Assembly: GCA_038087875.1 (NCBI GenBank) | Contig: CM075994.1 | Location: forward strand, 3,660,001-3,724,000 | Length of the DNA stretch: 64,000 bases | Source of the DNA: Malacoraja senta | Lineage: Eukaryota | Direction of reading: 5' to 3' | Shown: positions 25,355 through 37,069 of the stretch, in pieces | Position numbering within the stretch: position 1 is the first letter of the stretch | Layout of the letters: every line of letters begins with the position of its first letter | Made by a program: the position numbers and the translations under genes | Notes under the pieces: generated by a model | Databases searched by the model: none | Seen by the model: the letters and a program-made list of their open reading frames with translations, nothing else | What the model was told of the DNA's origin: nothing

Positions 25355-26212
25355 GTACTGTGAAGGAAAGTTCATGATCATCGTTGATGCAATTTCACAT
25401 CATAATAAGGTGTAATCTACGCTATGTTTAACTCCCACGGCCTTATGCTCACCAGGAAGAGATGCTTATCTATAAATCGGGACGTGGAAGTCGAGTTGCG
25501 GAATGTTCATGCATTTCTCATTACGGCAAAATATTACGGCATGACTCTCGATGCGACAATACTTGGAGAGATCGCATCTAAGGGATGTAATTGCACTAGC
25601 AGGTGCACGAATGCCTGTACATTGATGTATTTAGAGTGCATATACGGTGCAGACGATATTATGAGATATTGTGAGATGGTTCTAAGGATAGTCATAGAAA
25701 TGCAGGTAATTCTGCACTGCATCACTACATTTGATACTCTGGAACTAAATATCGACCAGCTACAGCCGTATACCCGCGTTCTCCCGCGATCCTCAAATTC
25801 AATGGATCATCAAAGGCAGCCATTTGCAGTATATATTACGTTCAGGTTACAGCATTATGCCTGAGTTTTTGTAATATTAGATACTTTTTCATATTGGCGG
25901 TCTTTTTCCGGGTTAATACGAAGTCAATTAAGCGGAAATTATTGGGAATATACTCATTAGAATTTGTGAGAATGGAAGATTTTCTCAGCGAAACACAAGA
26001 CTATGATCGAAAATGCAAGCCATTTAAATGGCATGCGTGGTTAATGTGTCGAGCCGGAAATGTCTCAATATCCGAGATAACCATTTAGAAATCAAGCGAG
26101 GGGACAACTGTTTATGCAAACATTTCTCATTGAATGGAAAACTTTCTGCAACAGAGGAGCATAGGTGCTCGGTCATTTGATCACGGCAAGAATCCATAAT
26201 CTTGCTGATTAA

Positions 26213-27398
26213 ATAGAAACATAGAAACATAGAAAATAGGTGCAGGAGTAGGTCATTCGGCCCCTCGAGCCAGCACTGCCATTCATTGTGATCATGGCTG
26301 ATCGTCCCCAATCAATAACCCGTGCCTGCCTTCTCGCCATATCCCTTGATTCCATTAGCCCCGAGAGCTCTATCTAATTCTCTCTTAAATCCATCCAGTG
26401 ATTTGGCCTCCACTAACATGTGCTCTAACGTTAGTCACCAGTCTCCCGTGTGGGACCTGATCAAAGGCTTTCTGAAAGCTTAGATACACTACATCCACTG
26501 CCTGCCCTTCATCCATTTTACTTGTCACATGCTCAAAAAATTCCAGAGCATGATTTTCAAGTCAAGCATGATTTTCCTTTCATAAATCGATGCTGACGGA
26601 CTAATCCTTTTGCTGCTATCCAAATGCCCCATTATTACCACTTTAACAATTGACTCCAGCATCTTTCCCACCACCGAAGTCAGGCTAACTGGTCTGTAAT
26701 ACCCCGTTTTCTCTCTCGCTCCTTTCTTGAAAAGTGGGATAACATTAGCTATCCTCCAATCCACAGGAAATGATCCTGAACCTATTGAACATTGGAAAAT
26801 GATCACCAATGCGTCCACTATTTCTAGAGGCACCGCCCTGAGGAACCTGGGATGCAGACCGTCAGGCCCAGTGGGTTTAACATCCTTCAGTCCCATTAGC
26901 CTACCCAATACTATTTATCGCCTAATGAACATTTCTTTCAGTTCCTCTACCCCCTTAGATCCTCTGTCCTCCAGTACTTCTGGGCATTGTTTGTGTATTC
27001 TTTAGTGAAGACAGATCCGAAGTACCTGTTCAACTCTACTGCCATTCCTTGTTCCCCATAATAATTTCACCCGTGTCTGCCTTCAAGGGCCCACATTTGA
27101 CTTTGCTTTTATTTTCCCATTAACATATCTAAATAAGCTTTTACTGTCCTTCTTTATATTCCTGGTCAGCTTCCCCTCGTACTTAATCTTTTCAGCCCGT
27201 ATTGCCCGTTTTGTTTACTTCTGTTGTCCTATGAAAGTTTCCCAATCTCTTCCTTCCGGCTACTCTTTGCTGTGTTATACATCTTTTCTTTTAGTTTTAT
27301 TCTATCGCTGACTTCTCTTGTCAGCCACAGTTGCCTCCTACTCCCCTTAGAACCTTTCTTCCTTTTTGGAGTGAAATTATCCTGCGTCTTCCGGATCA
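26213..27398 (-). mobile_element. CR1 LINE fragment with large internal deletion
   Basis: (tagaaaca)n tail at 26213; ORF2 KPTGPDGLHP...YRPVSLTSV on the minus strand; join at about 26416. Confidence 0.88.
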
Positions 27399-27669
27399 GC
27401 ATTTGACAATCAACAAATTTAAGTTCCAGTTATTGCATATAGGGATGTAGAAATGGATGAAACTGGATAAGGGTGAAAACACACCACGGTCACATTGAGG
27501 TGCTTTACCTGCTTTCTCGTTCTATTGCTTACATGCTTTGATCTTGACGAATTGTCTTAACATCTGGCGCGAGACTGTCACAGACATTTCCCCTGAGCCG
27601 CAAATTATTGTTCCTTTATTTATTTGTCAAATATAGCAACTTCTTCAAAATTGTTCTTTTCATCGCCAG

Positions 27670-27705
27670 AGTTGGAGAAGCTGAGGATCGCGGTTAACAA
27701 TGAAG
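27670..27705 (+). CDS. Micro-exon 36 nt (ELEKLRIAVNNE)
   Basis: ttgttcttttcatcgccag|...|gtaaaa. Confidence 0.75.
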
Positions 27706-27859
27706 GTAAAAGAGAAGACCAACGCGGTTCTGTCACCTTCTGCAAAGATTCTTCACCCTTCAATGCATGCACCAATAATTTCGGTCACGAGAAAGTACAA
27801 TTAATCTTCCCGATGGTGTGAGATATCGCCACGATATAGTAGGCCCCCCTCGGTCATGA

Positions 27860-28275
27860 CTGTGTGATGCATCCTGGTCGGATGCAAACCTGAGCGATGT
27901 CATATGGAGGACAGGCTGTTTCCCATGCAGCACTTCCCCCTCTCCACGTCGCTGATCGATCCAAAGGAACAGAAGGGCCTTTGCAGTTTGGCACCAGCGC
28001 CGACGCAGGAACTGCCAGAGCGAGGTTGTAGACAACGACTAACTGCCTTAGGGGCTACGACTCCGGATTTTCTTGAGGATTACTCCTGGAGCCTTTTCCA
28101 TGATTGGATATGGCCACAAGGCAGTGGAGGTTTTAAATTAGAGTTTTCCCTCTCCTAGATGGACAGCCTTCCCTGGCTGACGAGCCCCATCTGCCCGAGA
28201 CTCGTGGAGGCGAGAGCGTCGACCTTCCCGTGCAGGTCTATTGCACCTGTTCACTGCCTATAGCACCTGCCCACG
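27860..28275 (+). mobile_element. Probable interspersed repeat resembling an RTE-type 5' UTR
   Basis: GC-rich block with gagttttccctctcctagatgg...ggctgacgagccccatctgccc; resemblance is from recall only. Confidence 0.35.
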
Positions 28276-28424
28276 ATATAACAACATAACGAAAGAAGAT
28301 GTTAACAATTATTTCCCATTGCTAGTTACGTGAGATATATGGGAATGAACTGGTTGTGGATGCAAAAACAATTAAAACAAAAATAAAATAGTATATTGAT
28401 TAGATCAAAAAATGCCACTCAGAA

Positions 28425-28560
28425 TTTGGTAGGAAGGAACAGCAGATACTTGTTTGAACCGAAGATAGACGCATAGTGCTGGAGTAACACAGCGGAACTT
28501 GCAGCATCTCAGGAGAGAAGGAATGGATGAAATTTTGGGTCATCTGAAGAAAGGACGACC
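28425..28560 (-). mobile_element. Penelope pLTR-derived repeat
   Basis: gtgctggagtaacacagcgg...gcagcatctcaggagagaaggaatgg. Confidence 0.6.
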
Positions 28561-29305
28561 CTTCCTTCCTTCCTTCCTTCCTTCCTTCCTTCCTTCCTTC
28601 CTTTTCCATCCTTCCTTCCTTCCTTCCTTCCTTCCTCTCTCCCTCCCCCTCCTTCCCTCCCTCCCTCCCTCCCTTCCTTCCTTCCTTCCTTCCTTCCTTC
28701 CTTCCTTCCTTCCTTCCTTCTTTCCTCTCCCCTCTCTCCTATCTCCACTTCCCACCTCCCTCTCCCTTCTCCTCTCTCCCCTCTCCTCTCTCCCCTCTCC
28801 CCTCTCTCCTCTCCCCTCTCCCCTTTTCCTCCTATCGTCTCTCCTCCTCTCTCCTCTCCTCCTCTCTCCTCCCCTCCTCTCTCCTCCTCCCCTTCCCCTC
28901 TCTCCTCCATCCCTCCTTCCTCTCCCCTCCTCCATCCTTACCTCCTCTGCTCCCTCCTCCCTCTTCTCTCCTCCTCCCTCCTCTCTCCTCCCTCCTTCCA
29001 TCCTTACCCCCTCTCTCCTCTCGCATCCCTCCTTCCCTCCTCCTCCCCTCCTCCTTCCTCTCTCCTCCCTTCTCCCTCCTCCCCTCCTCCCTCCTTACCC
29101 CCTCCCTACTCCCCTCCTCCCTCCTTCCCTCCTCTCTCCTTCCTTCCTCTCTCCTTCTCTTTTCCTCTCTCCTCCCTCCTTCCATCCTCTCTCCTCCCTC
29201 CTTCCCTCCTCTCTCCTCGCTCCTTCCCTCCTCCCTTCTACATTTTTCACTCCCACCTTCTTTACATCCCACCTCCCTCACTTTCGTCTTTCCCTCCCTC
29301 CAACC
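28560..29305. repeat. (CCTT)n/CT-rich polypyrimidine tract
   Basis: About 750 bp of almost pure C/T. Confidence 0.95.
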
Positions 29306-29310
29306 CTTCT

Positions 29311-31515
29311 GCATGACTACAGACCGATTGCACTTACACCAGTGATATAAAGTGTTTCGAGAAACTAGTCCTGCATCACATCAGAACCAGCCTACCTCCC
29401 TCCTTCGACCCACATCAGTTTGCCTACAGAGATAATAGATCCACTGAGGACGCCATCGCCATAGCAACTCACACCGCACTGACCCACTTGGAACACCGGG
29501 AAAGATAGATGGGAATGCTATTCATTTATTATTGTTCAGCATGCAATACTATTAATCCGGACATTTTAATCAGCAAACTGCTTGACCTAGGCCTCTCCTC
29601 CCCCATCTGATTAGATTAGATTAGATTAGATTAGATTTTATTTGTTGTCATTTGAACCCAGAGTTTCAAACGAAATTTGGTTTCTGCAGTCATACAAACA
29701 AGAAGAAGAAACAAGACACAACACAATTTACACAAACATCCACCACAGCGAATTCCTCCTCACTGTGATGGAAGGCAAAGTCTCATCTCTCCCCTGCACT
29801 CCGCATTCTCCTCCCGATGTCAAACTCAAAGCCCCCGGCGGGCGATGGTAGGTAAGTCCCGCGGCCATTAAAGTCGCGCCGGGCGATGCAAGGCCGCGCT
29901 CCGGATCTTGATGTTGGAGCCCCCGGCTGGCGCTAGCAAGCCCCGCGGCCATTTAAAGACGCGCCGGGCGATGTTAGGCCCCGCTCCAGGTCATTTTGAA
30001 CCCCTCAACTCGGGCGGGAGAAATTGCCGTTGCGGGACCTCCGAAAAGCGGTCTCCCACCAGGGACACGCGAGCTCCCGATGTCACCGTCCACCAGACCT
30101 GCGGCTGGAGCCTCCGAATCTCCGGGGTCGGGCCGCAGCAGCGAGCCACCACAGCTCCTCCCGTTCCGAACTCGGCCAGCTCCGCGATGGTGAGTAGTCC
30201 GCAGACTCCGCGACTGGAGCCCCAGCTCGTTTCGGTTGGAGGCCCTTCCACGGTGCTAGGCCCCAACGACAACGGAGACCCGACAGAGAAAGGTCGGGTC
30301 CCTCCACACATACGCAGTTAAAAAAAAGACTATACACTACACACTACACTCAAACGAGACAAAGCAATAAAAAAAAAGACAGACGGACTGCAGAGGCAGC
30401 TGCGACGTGGGTCGCGCCGCCTACCGTTTTTGGACATGGATCAAAAACTTTCTGACAAACCACCCACAGTTAAAATCGGCCCACATCTACTCCATCACAT
30501 TGAGCACTGGCACACCTCAAGGCTGTGTGCTGAGTCCACTCCTTTACTCCTTATATACCTATTACTGTACAGCCGCAACACCAATATTAAATTTGCTGAC
30601 GACACAACTGTCGTCGGGCTCATCTGGGGTGGGGGGGGGGGGGATTCAGTATACAGGGAAGAGATACAGTAAATGACACAGAACCCCACAAAGACAAATG
30701 AGCTAATACTGGACTTCAGGAGGAAACGGGACGCAGACCCGTCCCTGGTCTGCATAAATGCGGCTGGTATGGAAAGGGTGCAGACTTTCAAATTCCTCGG
30801 AGTCCTCATATCCGTGGACTCTCCTTGTCGGCCAACAGTTCTGTAACCGTCAAGAGAGCACAACAGATTCTCCACTTCCCGAGAGTGCTCAGGAGACATA
30901 ACACAGAGAAGAAGTTGCTGGTGGCCTTCTACCGGGCGACCATTGAGAGTCTACTGACATATTGCATTTCAGTGTGATATGCAGGCTGCTCTGGTGCAGT
31001 CAAGAAAGCGCTCCAGCGAGTGGTAAAAACAGCAGAGAGAATCACCGGCTGCCTACTGCTCTTTCTGGAGGACATTGCCACCTCACATTACCTCAGCAAA
31101 GCCACAAACCTCATCAAAGACACCACACACCCCGGTCACCACCTTTTTGAAATGTTGTCCTCTGGCAGGCGTTACAGATCAGCCAAAACAAGCATCCCCG
31201 GACTCCGAGACAGTTTATGCCCCAAAGCAATCTACACACTCAATATGAAAAATCATTGATGTTGCACTTTCCCATGCTGCTACCCACCTCGCACTTTACC
31301 ATCACCATGTGCAATACTAATTATTTATTTATCTTGATACCTAGTTTTATAACATTGTTTTTAAATTGTGTTCTTTGTTTTTATGTTTGTGTATTATGCA
31401 CCAATGGAGTGGCAATACTAATGTCGTTGTATGCAGTGCATGCAATGACATATAAGGCTTTCATTCATTCATTCATTCATTCATTCATTCATTCATTCAT
31501 TCATTCATTCATTCA
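29311..31515 (+). mobile_element. Rex1/Babar-like LINE (decayed RT), interrupted at 29609-30427
   Basis: DYRPIALTPV, FAYR.NRSTEDAI, GTPQGCVLSPLLY, KFADDTTVVGLI; (TTCA)n tail. Confidence 0.85.
29609..30427 (-). mobile_element. GC-rich SINE-like retroposon nested in the Rex1-like LINE
   Basis: (AATCT)n tail on the minus strand; shares the hairpin block with 13327-13921 and 58105-58876. Confidence 0.7.
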
Positions 31516-31587
31516 TTATTGAAATGAATAGCTCTTTTTGATGTCAACGTCACTCTCTTGCAATAATGATGACCTTTTATACCACAG

Positions 31588-31611
31588 TGCCACCGAAGAA
31601 TGATAGCCCCG
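31588..31611 (+). CDS. Micro-exon 24 nt (VPPKNDSP)
   Basis: ccttttataccacag|...|gtaagc. Confidence 0.6.
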
Positions 31612-32858
31612 GTAAGCATAGAAACTTAATTTAAGACTCGTGGAGCAAGATGATCTGGATTTATAAACATACGCTATTTATACTCTGTCAATCAGGGGTT
31701 GGATCGGACCTCTCCATCTGTTAACAGACACATGACACTGGTTGGACATTAATCTTTTTCGGTTTCGTTTTCCTCTTTCTTATCTTCGACTAATGTCTCT
31801 GCTATTTTGCTTCTTGTTTCATCTTGGGGGTTTTCCATTAACCCAGTTCTTACTTACTTTTTCATCTCTTGTTGCTGATTCGCATTACATCCGGCATTGA
31901 AAGACAATTCCAGTGCTGCACGCCCACTCAGATATCTATAACTTGAATCATTGCTAATTGTAATCAAAATCCTGCATGGTTCAAACTTCTATTTTCCGAT
32001 TCTTATGGCAAAGAAAGACATCCTTCTTTGCTGGTTCCAAACACTATCGAGCACTCCCACTCCCTTGCACATAACATCCCTAACATCCCGTTGGTTAGTT
32101 TCCACTCATATAGCACTATGGTGTATATTCAGGTGATCCTAAAGGAATGGACAACAAATCCAATTGGGGACAGGCAACAGATTAGGCATTCGGAATGTTA
32201 ACAGATAAAAAAAATCAACCTATCAACACTGTACGAGCCTGCACTGATTTCTTAGATGAACGCTAGTGGTGAACATTATGTAAAATTAATAATGTGTAGG
32301 TTTCAGGTATGATTCCATGAATGATTTGCACCTGCCGGTTTGCCGTCTCATGATTTTCTAAAGCAAGCCTCTTTAAATGAAGAAAGGCCTAGATCCAAAG
32401 CGTTACCTATCCACTCCGTCCACAAATGCTGCCTGTCCCCATGACTTGCTCCAGCACATTGTGTTCTATTCAAGATTCCAGCATCTGTAGTTCCTTGTCC
32501 CGTCCCAGTCCCGTTCCATCTACAGTTCCAGTCCCGTTAACCTATTCCCATCGTGTTCTGTATTTGCACCATTCTCCAATTGTGTCCTTAATCTGCACGT
32601 CTCACGCATTTAATTTGTTATATCGTAGAAAGATAAACTCTGAAATTGGCAATATTTCACTATCTATTTTTAATGATACGTATTCAAATACCTTTTGATC
32701 CCCTTCCTTCTATAAATGATTAAATGGAAACCTGATTTGGGTGATATTTAGGTTTTTACACAACCTTCTGCTTCCCCAGATGTCACAAGCAATTAGAATA
32801 TTTTGTTCATCCTCTCATAAGTAAAATAAACACTAATGTTTCTTCTGTTCTACTTCAG

Positions 32859-32885
32859 AGATGGACGTTCTTCGTATAAAATTTG
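32859..32885 (+). CDS. Micro-exon 27 nt (EMDVLRIKF)
   Basis: cactaat branch-like site; ttctgttctacttcag|...|gtaacg. Confidence 0.7.
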
Positions 32886-33544
32886 GTAACGTCTCACTTT
32901 GATTACTGACAACGTAGTTGCATTCAATATTTGCATTATTTTGCTGAATATTGAACAACAATAAAATAACTACTTCCTGCAGAATGCGCTGGGCGTGTTG
33001 GTTCTTGGCTGTGGTTAAGTGTTTAGATCATTATGAAGCTCTGTTTGAAGCATGGTTTGATCTCTTCAGAGCTATGCAAGAAAATATGAGCCGGCACACA
33101 ATGTTGGCGTTTGATCGTTAATAGACAAGGTTTACACATATTGATCTCAGAACATATATCTAAGACACAAAGTTCATTTCATTTGTCAAATGATCCTTGA
33201 AATTAATTGAATGGAAACTATCCTAATATAACAATTCTTCCATAGGATGATAAGGAATTGCACAAAACAATTTAATTTCAATGAACTTTGGTCCTTGCAC
33301 TGCAGACCAAAGTTAAACCACACAGCCATGCTTTGACCTTTCGAATGTTGATGTGTTCAAAACCCACCAATCATATAATTTCTATATAGATCCCTGAATA
33401 TGTGCTTGTGGCGAAACTATCATGGTCTATTATAACAACTTTATTACATATTTACTTTTAGAATATCTACAAAGACTGGAAAGCTTTGAAGATATATTCT
33501 TATATCTTACTGAATGCATTTTAACGTGTTTTCACTCATATACA

Positions 33545-33950
33545 TCTATCTATATTTAAAACTGTGTGCGTGTGTGTGTGTGTGTGTGTTTCTGCCTGTG
33601 TGTATTTCTGCCTGTCTTGTGGGTGCCAGCCTTCCTTTGATTCGTTGCTACGCCAACACCACACGCAGAAACGCCGAGATGTTTTCCATTTACGTAGAGA
33701 TTTCACTTTTCATTCCAAGTATCCACTCCTGATTAAATTTCGTCGTGTTTATGTACACATTTTTAATAAAATCCTTCTCCCCTCCCCCCAGTCACGCATT
33801 TTGTCTTCTCCTGCTGGCCAGCCACGTTACCGGCTGCTGCCGACCGGCTCTGCTCCAAAAACGACGCCTTTTTTTTTTCGCTAGCGATTTTCGCCCCGGG
33901 GTCTGAAGCACGTTCGGGGTCCAGACCCAACGGATCTGCACTTGGTCTAG
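33545..33950 (+). mobile_element. Short non-autonomous Helitron
   Basis: a|TCtatctat... 5' end; cagacccaacggatctg hairpin then ggtCTAG|t. Confidence 0.7.
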
Positions 33951-34156
33951 TATATCTATAAAACTATATAACCGAATCGTTTGCTAGTCCTTGTTTTGCA
34001 AAAGCCAATTCGTGTACAGAGCGAATCATTTGAATAAAACTACGACTGTAATAAAGAAATGCAGAATTGCCAGATAAGTTGTTCAGCAAAAGGTATGCAA
34101 ATCCAAACTTAATAATTGTTCTCTGACTCATTGAACTTTTCGCTTTGATTTACTAG

Positions 34157-34180
34157 TTGAAACGGTCGCAGAACTCCGAG
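34157..34180 (+). CDS. Micro-exon 24 nt (VETVAELR)
   Basis: ctttgatttactag|...|gtaatg. Confidence 0.6.
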
Positions 34181-34982
34181 GTAATGTATGTGCTCTGGTG
34201 CTGAATTTATTGTTCAAAAGATGATTGAAAAAAATGCACCTTTTCAGATATTTTGTTCAGCACGAAACGTTATATTTTACCTACCCCCCACACCGTCCCC
34301 CAACCACACCCCTTCCCTTTCTAGATGCTTACCTGGCCGCCTTTTCAATATGCACAACCTATTAATCTTAATCATTATATGTGACGCTCTCACTGCGATA
34401 TTTTTGGAGAAAGATTCTCTGTTACATTTTCTGTAATATATATCGGTGAGTACCTAATATCAACGAACAATCACTTTGTTGTTCTCCGCAAATACGATTG
34501 TTCTAGGTGTCAACGGATACCAGCGTTAAAGGATGTGATTGTCAAAGCAATATACTCAATGGCATTGGGATGATTGTTTTTATTGATGATAAGTTTAGTT
34601 ACAAACGGAAGTAAATTATTCTGGTGATCAATGCGAAGGTCATTTTCCTGCTGTGGAGCAGACCACCAAATATTCAATATCATGAAAAATCTTGAAATTA
34701 AAGAATACAATGTTTGGAATGACAGGGAACTGCTTTGATTTGCATGCCTTTGGGGAGCAGGTTATCGAAGTTAGCTCAGTATTGGTTTTGACAAAGGTAT
34801 CAGATAAGTTCATGCAAGCAAGCACATTAGGAAAAAAAAACGTGAGGTGGTCACTAACTGGACGTTTTACCAAAGGAGTTTGAGCAAATTGCTTCCTTTG
34901 TCATATTTCATTCAGCAATTCTTTGACAGTCTTACAGAAATACAATTCTTTATTGTAGAATGAAAGAGTGCTATTTTTTCAG

Positions 34983-35009
34983 AGGAAAAGAGAACGCGAA
35001 AAGCTTTAG
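34983..35009 (+). CDS. Micro-exon 27 nt (EEKRTRKAL)
   Basis: ctattttttcag|...|gtagaa. Confidence 0.65.
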   Translation, partial: RKREREKL

Positions 35010-35801
35010 GTAGAATTGTTATTTTTATCATTTCAAGTGCTGTTTAGCAGCTGTAAAGATGAAAATGTCTTGTGTTCCTTTATCTTGTAATTTCCTACCT
35101 TGGTTTCATTTCCCTGTCCTTTTCACACCAATGCGTCCCAGTAACACATATGGAAAACGGACATTCTGGCGATATTCGACATCAGAAACTCTCCGGGTCC
35201 TTCATAACGAAGTATTTTTCAAAGGCTATTTGTTTTGAACTGCAGGAGACATGAGGACAAAATGCACCAACCAGAGCAAGCTTACAAAAACAGCAATGTC
35301 ATAATCGTCTGCTAATCTGTCTTGGTAATGTTGAAAGGGGGAAGCTAGAGATGAGTTAGTTATTTGTCATATTAGGACTGCATAGTTGAGACATATCTGA
35401 AAAAAATATTTAATACCCATTATTGGCATATACTTTACCAGAGGTTGGATGGCTGACCAGCGGAGCAAAAGTGTATTTCAGCTTCAAATTACATTTTATA
35501 TATCTTACAGTTCCTATCTCATAGGGCCTGTTTGCTGAATAACATTTGAGAAATAAAATGGTACTGAAATCCGTCTTAGCAGGCTTGCTCCCTGTATATT
35601 TTTATCCATTCCTGAATATTTAAATCTCTTCCCTGAAAAGCTGGCAAGTATCTCAGCATTCCGTGAATAACTGTGTTGGGAATCTAACAACAAATTCATT
35701 TCAATGTAGGTTGCAAATTCATTCAGCCATATGTAGAAGAGATGAAGGCAAGTTAAAATACGCGTTCTGAATATTTCATTTCCGTTTTATATTTCTCGCA
35801 G

Positions 35802-35828
35802 AAGATAGATTGAAACTAAAAAATGCAG
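35802..35828 (+). CDS. Micro-exon 27 nt (EDRLKLKNA)
   Basis: ttttatatttctcgcag|...|gtaaat. Confidence 0.75.
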
Positions 35829-36744
35829 GTAAATTATTATTTAAAAATTGCCTTTCATCTTCTAAAATTTATAGAGTACACGGGATCCTTGTAAATGCAA
35901 TTCCCGCGCATAGTTATTAGAACAAATAATCCAAATGAAAGAGGTGGGGGGCATGGGGGTAGACAGAACAGGCGACATTATACCTGAAATAAACAACGGA
36001 GAATGTTTGAAATACCGATCTCAAATGAGGATGAATTAATAGAAAATTTACTTTCAAACAATAGATTTGTATTTAGGCACAGAAGTGCATATACTTCGCT
36101 CTTTATTCTGAAGGAGGGTCCAGAAAACTCGCGTGGCCTTCAATTCCCTAGAGGTTGTCTGGCCCGCCTAGTTCCTCCTCCACTTTTTGTTTTGCAGTAC
36201 TTCAGAATATGTTAGCTCCGAAAGTAATGCGTCCCAAAACCTACTGAAGACAGACAATTCGTGCAAATGGAGGAGAACCGCGTGTCTGGTGAAAATTTTA
36301 CATTCTGATGAAAATAAGAAACGTTGATATACGTCAGAATGAGCCATTCACACAATTACCCTTCCTTCCAATGACCATCACACAAATGAGCCCCACTATT
36401 AAGAGTTAAGACCAATAGCCATAGGCTTGAGCCAAGTACTTGCAAGTCTAAACTACAGGGCATATGTTTGAGCCGATAGATAAAGATCTCTACAAATGAT
36501 CCGACCGGCAACTTTTTATTACAAAATACATTTTGAGCACACTTGGACAGGTGAACGGATGGGAAAGTTTTGGCGAGATATGGAGCCAAGCGCAGTCAAG
36601 TGAGATGAGCTCCTTTAGGAAATCAGTTTGGTTTAGTTCAATTGAGCCGAAAGTCCCGTTTCTAAGCTGTCCATGACACGATGACTCGGTGACCGTCTTT
36701 AATTTTGCACCCGCAAGGCTCACAACGACGATTTGTGCTTTTAG

Positions 36745-36780
36745 AAGTGAACACTTTAATACTAACGCTGAAAGATATGG
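36745..36780 (+). CDS. Micro-exon 36 nt (EVNTLILTLKDM)
   Basis: ttgtgcttttag|...|gtaagt. Confidence 0.75.
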
Positions 36781-37069
36781 GTAAGTTAAGAAGAAAGGTA
36801 ACTTGTTGCACAATACGAGAATGTTAGATTATCAAGCAGAGCACAACCGCAAAGATGGGTACTGGTCAATTGCAGGAGGCGTTGGAATAACATAACACGA
36901 AAGAAAAATGAGATAAAATTGCCAGCAATCTGGCGTGCATTGTTATATGATATTTGCCACTGTTTTCAGGCATTTCGATATGGGCGGACAATACAGGGCG
37001 GGTAAATACGGCAATTTGTACAGTAGCGTTTAACGCTGCAGCTCCGCCTTCTGCAAGAAATAAGGTCTT

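Noticed and set aside
28499..29350. 283-aa P/S/L-rich ORF and antisense E/G/R-rich ORFs
   Set aside because: Read-through of a stop-free CT microsatellite.
34761..34796. 36-nt AG..GT segment
   Set aside because: In-frame TAG in phase 1 and a purine-rich acceptor.
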